IMG/VR virus record: IMGVR_UViG_3300042453_001749
Source: an uncultured virus (IMG/VR IMGVR_UViG_3300042453_001749)
Lineage: Duplodnaviria; Heunggongvirae; Uroviricota; Caudoviricetes
DNA length: 64,000 nt
Reading direction: 5' to 3' (one strand)
Shown here: positions 58,066 to 64,000 of the stretch, piece after piece
How positions within the stretch are numbered: position 1 is the first letter of the stretch
How the letters are laid out: every line of letters starts with the position of its first letter
The notes under the pieces: generated by a model
Databases searched by the model: none
Told to the model about the DNA's origin: nothing
What the model saw: the letters and a program-made list of their open reading frames with translations, nothing else
Position numbers and translations under genes: made by a program

Positions 58066-58707
58066 TTATTTTTGGGTTTGCCCATTGACTTGCTTAGGAG
58101 GTGTCTTTATATTTAGAGATCCAACAGGGTCAATTGTAACAATTTTTGGTGGTTGTATTATTACATCAGCACAAACACTTGCATATGGACTATTTGGATG
58201 AAAGTCGATACCTGATTTTTTTGCTTCACCGCATTTCAATAACCTAACTAATTCAAAATCGAGACGTGCTTTATCCGCTTCTGCGTTTTGTCTTTTTATT
58301 TCTGTTCTTGCTCTTTCTTTACAAAGTTCTTGTAATGAACCATCGAGGGGGAAATTAAATCCTAGACTTACACCAAAATTCCCATTATAAGATTGATAAG
58401 ACTCTGGATCTTGACTCCCATTAAAATTTCCTAATGCAAATGGAGCAACGCTCATTGTTGGACCTTGGCAACTAACCCCACCACCATAAGTATTCATTGC
58501 ATAAGGACCCTGAAGCACCTGAACTGCCTGGTTAGTTACGTTACCAGTCGCAGATGCTGAGGGTCCTGCAATATTAGTATTGCTCGGTGCTTGCTGAGCT
58601 TTACTTTTTGTCGAACCTGCAAGAGATAGTAATAATATTCCTGTTACTGTGTAAAGACAGATACCGAGTTTGTAACCGAATTTGTTTCTGTACTGCGATC
58701 TATCCAT
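58066..58707 (-). CDS. Conserved cyanophage hypothetical protein (exported/structural)
   Basis: A.ATGNVTNQAVQ, GGGVSCQG, LDFELVRLLKC. Confidence 0.7.
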   Translation of the reverse strand: MDRSQYRNKFGYKLGICLYTVTGILLLSLAGSTKSKAQQAPSNTNIAGPSASATGNVTNQAVQVLQGPYAMNTYGGGVSCQGPTMSVAPFALGNFNGSQDPESYQSYNGNFGVSLGFNFPLDGSLQELCKERARTEIKRQNAEADKARLDFELVRLLKCGEAKKSGIDFHPNSPYASVCADVIIQPPKIVTIDPVGSLNIKTPPKQVNGQTQK

Positions 58708-59003
58708 GTTTCCTTAGCCACTCCTGGGCCGAGATAAGTTTCGCTGAACTGGAATGGAGCGCCTTGATTCATAATAGTATAATTGGCTCCAGGTGTTGGA
58801 TTACCAGGAATATTGATGTTTGTTCCAGTTACAGTGTAAGATGTGCCAGTTGTATATTCAACTTGGCGAATTGTTTCTACAATCTTTGTAGTCGATTCTG
58901 TGGTTGCAGTGATTGTTCCTCTAGTAAAATTAGGAACAACTTGTTCAGCTAGGGCAGGACAAGAAAACCCTAGCAGGAGCAACCCTGCTAGGATACTTTT
59001 CAT
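58644..59003 (-). CDS. Conserved cyanophage hypothetical protein (exported/structural)
   Basis: Signal peptide; VVPNFTRG...FQFSETY.GPG. Confidence 0.7.
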   Translation of the reverse strand: MKSILAGLLLLGFSCPALAEQVVPNFTRGTITATTESTTKIVETIRQVEYTTGTSYTVTGTNINIPGNPTPGANYTIMNQGAPFQFSETYLGPGVAKETWIDRSTETNSVTNSVSVFTQ

Positions 59004-59461
59004 TTGAATACGCTCAATTCAACGCTACGTTGTGCTGTTGCTGTAGTACCAGGACCACCAGCAGTAACAGTAGGAACACCTGTAGGTGATAATGTACCAG
59101 CGAGAGAACCTTTGTCTCCTGCTAACTGAGTAACACTATCCCCATAAAGGTTGGGAGAAGCAATAACTCCACCAGAGACCGACTGAGTGGTGACGATTGA
59201 ATCAGCAGCATTGAAACTTTCTGAGAAAGTAAATGCTTGACCTGCCGTATTAATATCGTAAGTTCCAGCGCCACTTACACCACCGAATGAAGTTGCTTGA
59301 ATATTTGTACCTGAGGCAGAATATGATGCCCCAATTCTTGTTGACTGAACCGCCGCGCCCTGTACACCTAATTGAACAGAATCAGTAATTCTTGATGTAA
59401 TTTCAGCAGCACTTACAGGAGTGATAAAGAATAACGAAAAGGCTAAAAGAAGTCTTTTCAT
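59000..59461 (-). CDS. Conserved cyanophage hypothetical protein (exported/structural)
   Basis: Signal peptide; SVQL...FTFSES...AGGPGT. Confidence 0.7.
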   Translation of the reverse strand: MKRLLLAFSLFFITPVSAAEITSRITDSVQLGVQGAAVQSTRIGASYSASGTNIQATSFGGVSGAGTYDINTAGQAFTFSESFNAADSIVTTQSVSGGVIASPNLYGDSVTQLAGDKGSLAGTLSPTGVPTVTAGGPGTTATAQRSVELSVFK

Positions 59462-59528
59462 TTTTTCTTAGTAATAAACACTACTATTATTTAGCAAAGT
59501 GTCCCCACATTGGGGCTCATATTGGGGC

Positions 59529-59589
59529 TTGACTCTTACGGCAAACCGTAGTATGATAAATACATCAACAAGTTAAGAACCGTTACAGA
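59529..59589 (+). promoter_or_regulatory. psbA promoter: sigma70 boxes, overlapping late motif and HLR1-like repeat
   Basis: TTGACT-N17-TATGAT; ATAAATA; GTTAAGAA-CC-GTTACAGA. Confidence 0.7.
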
Positions 59590-59601
59590 TTCTTAATGTT
59601 G

Positions 59602-59700
59602 ACTTCTCAAACCGAGATCACGAGAAGTAAAGTATCTCTCATATCCCCGCTGAGGGTGCGGGGAACATAGTAACTCCACCATTTCCCCGATGGTCTTACT
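59602..59700 (+). ncRNA. PhotoRC-II-like structured leader of psbA
   Basis: ACTTCTC/GAGAAGT with GAGAT/ATCTC pseudoknot; TCCCCGC/GCGGGGA; AGTAA..ACCAT/ATGGT..TTACT. Confidence 0.7.
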
Positions 59701-59714
59701 ACCTTTTAAAACAA

Positions 59715-60794
59715 ATGACTGCTACAATTGCTCAACAACGTTCCACAAATACCTGGAACCAATTCTGTGAGTGGGTTACTTCCACTAACAACCGTATCTA
59801 TGTTGGTTGGTTCGGAGTCCTTATGATTCCTTGCCTTCTTGCTGCTACGACTTGCTTCATTATCGCATTCGTCGGTGCTCCTCCTGTGGACATTGACGGC
59901 ATTCGTGAACCAGTTGCTGGTTCTCTCATGTACGGAAACAACATCATCTCTGGTGCTGTTGTTCCTTCTTCTAATGCTATTGGACTTCACTTCTATCCTA
60001 TCTGGGAAGCTGCTTCTCTGGATGAATGGTTGTACAATGGTGGACCTTTCCAACTTGTTGTTTTCCACTTCCTCATCGGCATCTATGCCTATATGGGTCG
60101 TGAGTGGGAATTGTCGTATCGCCTGGGGATGCGCCCCTGGATTTGTGTTGCATATTCCGCACCCGTTGCTGCCGCTTCTGCAGTATTCTTGGTCTATCCT
60201 TTCGGACAAGGATCGTTCTCTGATGCTATGCCTCTCGGTATTTCGGGCACGTTTAACTACATGCTCGTCTTCCAAGCAGAACATAACATTCTTATGCATC
60301 CCTTCCATATGCTTGGAGTTGCGGGAGTATTTGGCGGATCACTCTTCAGTGCAATGCACGGTTCTTTGGTCACTTCATCTTTAGTTCGTGAAACTACTGA
60401 AACCGAATCTCAGAACTATGGTTATAAGTTCGGTCAAGAAGAAGAGACCTACAACATTGTTGCTGCTCATGGTTATTTTGGTCGCCTTATTTTTCAATAT
60501 GCTTCGTTCAATAACTCCCGTTCGCTGCACTTCTTCCTTGCTGCCTGGCCTGTTGTAGGTATCTGGTTCACCGCTCTTGGTGTGAGCACTATGGCTTTTA
60601 ATCTCAACGGTCTGAATTTCAATCAGAGTATCCTGGACAGTCAGGGTCGTGTGCTCAATACTTGGGCAGATGTCCTGAATCGTGCTGGACTCGGAATGGA
60701 AGTGATGCATGAGAGAAATGCACATAATTTTCCTTTGGACCTCGCTGCTGCCGAAGCAACTCCTGTTGCCTTGACTGCTCCTGCGATTGGTTGA
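59715..60794 (+). CDS. psbA: Photosystem II D1 protein
   Basis: Full D1 sequence ending [13 protein letters not shown] plus C-terminal extension; no intron. Confidence 0.99.
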   Translation: MTATIAQQRSTNTWNQFCEWVTSTNNRIYVGWFGVLMIPCLLAATTCFIIAFVGAPPVDIDGIREPVAGSLMYGNNIISGAVVPSSNAIGLHFYPIWEAASLDEWLYNGGPFQLVVFHFLIGIYAYMGREWELSYRLGMRPWICVAYSAPVAAASAVFLVYPFGQGSFSDAMPLGISGTFNYMLVFQAEHNILMHPFHMLGVAGVFGGSLFSAMHGSLVTSSLVRETTETESQNYGYKFGQEEETYNIVAAHGYFGRLIFQYASFNNSRSLHFFLAAWPVVGIWFTALGVSTMAFNLNGLNFNQSILDSQGRVLNTWADVLNRAGLGMEVMHERNAHNFPLDLAAAEATPVALTAPAIG

Positions 60795-60815
60795 TAAGTT
60801 AGAGTTTTCTAACAG

Positions 60816-60838
60816 AGACCCCGAAAGGGGTCTTTTTT
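60816..60838 (+). terminator. psbA terminator
   Basis: AGACCCC-GAAA-GGGGTCT plus T-run. Confidence 0.8.
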
Positions 60839-60890
60839 ATTGCTAAATACTTAAAGTTATGGTATAATAACTTTAACAACTAAACCGATT

Positions 60891-61325
60891 ATGAAAACTT
60901 GTAAAATCTGCAACCAGTTAAAGCCACTTACAGAGTTCTATCAAACTGTAAGAAACGGTAGTCCATATGGGCATCACGGAAAATGTAAAAAGTGTTATGT
61001 GAAAAAACAACAAGAAAATTACGACCCAGTAAAAAAGAGGGATGAAAATTTGAAAAGAGTTTATGGTATTGGTATTGAGGAATATAATACTCTTTTAGAA
61101 AAGCAAGGGTATAAATGTGCTATTTGTAATTCCACTGACCCGAAAGGTAGAAAATCTGGTAGAGGTGGTGGAGTAGATGTTTTTTATGTTGACCACAATC
61201 ATAAAACTGGTGAGGTTCGTGGACTTCTCTGTAATGTCTGCAATAGAACTATTGGTTATGTAAATGAAGATGTTGAGTTGATTAAGAGTATGATTGATTA
61301 TGTTAAAAGGCATAGAGGTGAGTAG
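60891..61325 (+). mobile_element. Endonuclease VII-family homing endonuclease (F-CphI-like)
   Basis: CAIC...VDHNH.TG.VRGLLC..CN; located between psbA and psbD. Confidence 0.85.
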
Positions 61326-61334
61326 AAATTCCTA

Positions 61335-61363
61335 TTGACCTATTTTGTAAAGTATTGTAAACT
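61335..61363 (+). promoter_or_regulatory. psbD promoter with a consensus HLR1 (RpaB) site
   Basis: TTGACC-N17-TAAACT; minus strand TTTACAAT-AC-TTTACAAA (61344-61361). Confidence 0.7.
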
Positions 61364-61391
61364 AAATATGAGAAACGATAATGGAGGATTG

Positions 61392-62453
61392 ATGGTATCA
61401 TCTACGCTTACAAAACCTATTCAACAAAAAGGTTGGTTTGATTTATTAGATGATTGGTTGAAAAGGGACAGATTTGTGTTTGTTGGATGGAGTGGATTAC
61501 TACTATTCCCAACTGCTTATCTTGCTCTTGGTGGATGGTTGACTGGAACAACATTCGTCACAAGTTTTTATACACACGGTTTAGCATCAAGTTATTTGGA
61601 AGGTTGCAATTTTTTAACGTCTGCGGTAAGCACCCCAGCAGACGCTATGGGTCATTCTCTTCTTCTACTTTGGGGTCCTGAGGCTCAAGGGGATATCGTC
61701 AGGTGGTTCCAACTTGGGGGACTCTGGACTTTTGTGGCGCTCCACGGGGCCTTTAGTCTGATTGGTTTTATGCTTCGCCAGTTTGAGATTGCACGACTCG
61801 TAGGAATTAGACCGTACAATGCTATCGCGTTTTCTGGGCCTATTGCTGTTTTTGTCAGTGTGTTTCTCATGTATCCACTCGGACAATCGAGTTGGTTCTT
61901 TGCGCCGAGTTTTGGTGTTGCAGCGATTTTTAGGTTCCTCCTATTCCTACAAGGTTTTCATAATTGGACACTCAACCCCTTTCACATGATGGGAGTTGCT
62001 GGTATACTGGGAGGAGCACTGCTCTGTGCAATTCATGGTGCTACCGTAGAAAACACACTATTTGAAGACAGTGACCAATCAAACACCTTTAAAGCATTCG
62101 AACCAACCCAAGAAGAAGAGACCTATTCGATGGTCACTGCTAATCGGTTCTGGTCTCAAATATTCGGTATTGCTTTTTCTAACAAGCGTTGGCTTCACTT
62201 CTTTATGCTCTTTGTTCCCGTCATGGGACTCTGGACAAGTTCCATTGGAATCATTGGTCTTGCCCTCAATCTTCGTGCTTACGACTTTGTATCTCAGGAA
62301 ATTCGTGCGGCAGAAGATCCAGAGTTTGAAACATTTTACACGAAAAATATTCTTCTGAATGAAGGTCTTCGTGCTTGGATGGCTCCAGTAGACCAACCTC
62401 ATGAGAACTTTGTCTTTCCTGAAGAAATTTTGCCGAGAGGGAATGCCCTATAA
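61392..62453 (+). CDS. psbD: Photosystem II D2 protein
   Basis: [22 protein letters not shown]...[17 protein letters not shown]. Confidence 0.99.
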   Translation: MVSSTLTKPIQQKGWFDLLDDWLKRDRFVFVGWSGLLLFPTAYLALGGWLTGTTFVTSFYTHGLASSYLEGCNFLTSAVSTPADAMGHSLLLLWGPEAQGDIVRWFQLGGLWTFVALHGAFSLIGFMLRQFEIARLVGIRPYNAIAFSGPIAVFVSVFLMYPLGQSSWFFAPSFGVAAIFRFLLFLQGFHNWTLNPFHMMGVAGILGGALLCAIHGATVENTLFEDSDQSNTFKAFEPTQEEETYSMVTANRFWSQIFGIAFSNKRWLHFFMLFVPVMGLWTSSIGIIGLALNLRAYDFVSQEIRAAEDPEFETFYTKNILLNEGLRAWMAPVDQPHENFVFPEEILPRGNAL

Positions 62454-62460
62454 ACTTACC

Positions 62461-62482
62461 AAGACCCTTCGGGGTCTTTTTT
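62461..62482 (+). terminator. psbD terminator
   Basis: AAGACCC-TTCG-GGGTCTT plus T-run. Confidence 0.8.
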
Positions 62483-62485
62483 CTT

Positions 62486-62698
62486 ATGAATAACTTTTTA
62501 GTAATAATCTACTTCACATTCTTCGCAGTCATCGCAGGAGGTGCTTTTGCGATGATGTGGGCAAATGTCCAGTCCATCAATGAGGAAATGAGAAGACCAA
62601 AGAAACCTCAACATCCAGAAGCACCAAAAGAAGGTGATGAACTTTTATATGTTGACCTCACCAAAGAAAGACTAGAAAATCTTTATAACGATAAGTAA
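62486..62698 (+). CDS. DUF2973-like membrane protein
   Basis: TM helix plus HPE...GDELL. Confidence 0.65.
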   Translation: MNNFLVIIYFTFFAVIAGGAFAMMWANVQSINEEMRRPKKPQHPEAPKEGDELLYVDLTKERLENLYNDK

Positions 62699-62763
62699 TG
62701 CTAACAATCCTCACAGCCTTCATAGCATTCGGAGTGCTCCTCTTTCTAATGTCTCTGATATAA
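62698..62763 (+). repeat. Micro-ORF copy 1 (MLTILTAFIAFGVLLFLMSLI)
   Basis: Diverged direct repeat of 63763-63828. Confidence 0.6.
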
Positions 62764-62796
62764 TAGAATATAAATATCTAAGAAATATAATTTTTG

Positions 62797-63750
62797 ATGG
62801 AAGAACTTTCAGAATTATTTAAAATAGTTGCAGAAGAAAATAAAAAGAAAAAACTAGAGATAGAATCTTTAGTTGGTGATTCTTTTGAGACACTTTTTAT
62901 TGAGCAACTGAAACCCAAAAAGAAAAAAATTATTCAAAAGAAAATACAAGAACCTCAAATTGTTGAAATAGTAGAAGTAAAAAAAGATACTTTAATAGAA
63001 AAATCATTAGGTTTATTATCTGAACCATCAGATACCAAACATAAGAATGATCCACTCACACCACTCAATCAAAAGTTTGCAACACTTGATGATTTACAAA
63101 AACATTACAGCACTTTCCTTTCTCGTATTCAGCAACAACTCTCTACATTAGGTGGAGGTGGTGAAACTCAAATAAGATACTTGGACGATGTTGTAGGTGT
63201 TGCAACAAACTCAAGTGCTTATAATTCAAAATTTTTACAATGGGATTCTTCATCAAACAAGGCAGAGTTTGTTAATATCAATTCAGGAAATATTGTTGGT
63301 ATTGTTACAGGATATTATGGAAGTTTTTATGATACCACAACACAAAATGTAGTAGGCGTCAATACATATCAACCATTTACAATCAATACGACTGATATAT
63401 CAAATCAAGTATCAATAGCAAATAGTTCTCATATTGTCATTGCAAACTCTGGAATATATAATATTCAATTTTCTTTACAAATTGATAAGTCACAAGGTTC
63501 TCAAGCACACGTTTATATTTGGTTGAAAAAAAATGGGACAGATGTCCCAAATAGTGCAGGAGAAGTTTCAGTTCAGGGAACATCATCAGAAGCAATTGCT
63601 GCTTGGAATTATGTAGTATCTGCTTCTGCGAATGATTATTATGAACTTATGTGGAGTTCTACTGATATTCACGTTGAAATCAAAGCAAGGACTGCAAGTG
63701 GAGTTGTTCCTGCTATTCCATCAATCATTCTCACAGTAGTCTCTGTATAA
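62797..63750 (+). CDS. Late structural protein with a C1q/BclA-like C-terminus
   Basis: TATAAATA 62769; LGGGGE...LDDV; SGIYNIQFSLQ...WLKKNG. Confidence 0.65.
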   Translation: MEELSELFKIVAEENKKKKLEIESLVGDSFETLFIEQLKPKKKKIIQKKIQEPQIVEIVEVKKDTLIEKSLGLLSEPSDTKHKNDPLTPLNQKFATLDDLQKHYSTFLSRIQQQLSTLGGGGETQIRYLDDVVGVATNSSAYNSKFLQWDSSSNKAEFVNINSGNIVGIVTGYYGSFYDTTTQNVVGVNTYQPFTINTTDISNQVSIANSSHIVIANSGIYNIQFSLQIDKSQGSQAHVYIWLKKNGTDVPNSAGEVSVQGTSSEAIAAWNYVVSASANDYYELMWSSTDIHVEIKARTASGVVPAIPSIILTVVSV

Positions 63751-63762
63751 TACACAAGATAA

Positions 63763-63828
63763 ATGCTCACAATCCTCGCAGCATTCATAAGTTTCGGAGT
63801 GTTCCTCTTTCTGATGTCCCTACTATAA
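63763..63828 (+). repeat. Micro-ORF copy 2 (MLTILAAFISFGVFLFLMSLL)
   Basis: Diverged direct repeat of 62698-62763. Confidence 0.6.
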
Positions 63829-63849
63829 AACCTCAAGGAGTATTACAAA

Positions 63850-64000
63850 ATGTCTTATTTGAATCATAACTTACCTGATTGGAGTTGTTATATTCGCAAC
63901 GAATTTCTATATAATCACAAAAAAGGGCAAGGTGAAGTTACGAAATGTGATGTTCACTCTGTCGCAAGTATGGAGAAACGAGTTCCATTATTCGAATGTT
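63850..64000 (+). CDS. Conserved phage hypothetical protein, 3'-truncated by the window edge
   Basis: SD AAGGAG; MSYLNHNLP....YIRNEFLYNHKKG. Confidence 0.65.
   Translation, partial: MSYLNHNLPDWSCYIRNEFLYNHKKGQGEVTKCDVHSVASMEKRVPLFEC

Noticed and set aside
59706..60308. 200-aa minus-strand ORF
   Set aside because: Antisense shadow of psbA
1..64000. Stop-codon reassignment
   Set aside because: Core genes are intact in the standard code, all three stops are used and no suppressor tRNA is present

Overview
64 kb of an AT-rich T4-like cyanomyovirus genome (Kyanoviridae-like, probably a freshwater Synechococcus/Cyanobium phage; lineage and host are inferences). Nearly all genes are on the + strand. 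In order: the T4 replication module (cobS, gp45, gp44, Dam-like MTase, gp62, regA, hsp20, gp43, uvsX, gp41, mazG); late/virion genes; primase, nrdA and nrdB; a cluster of 9 tRNAs including a rare Ile(UAU), with structured spacers; Dps; PTOX flanked by two micro-ORFs missed by the ORF track that resemble the NDH-1L subunits NdhQ and NdhP; a manA-like ncRNA apparently split by an ORF; a ~15 kb glycan synthesis/methylation operon with nadE; a SomA/B-type porin, two hli genes and a peroxiredoxin; a lysis cassette; a short minus-strand block; then psbA, an endonuclease VII-type homing endonuclease and psbD. Three free-standing homing endonucleases each have an upstream hairpin at or next to a promoter motif. 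No CRISPR array, intron or intein was seen. All family assignments come from motif recognition and memory, not database searches.
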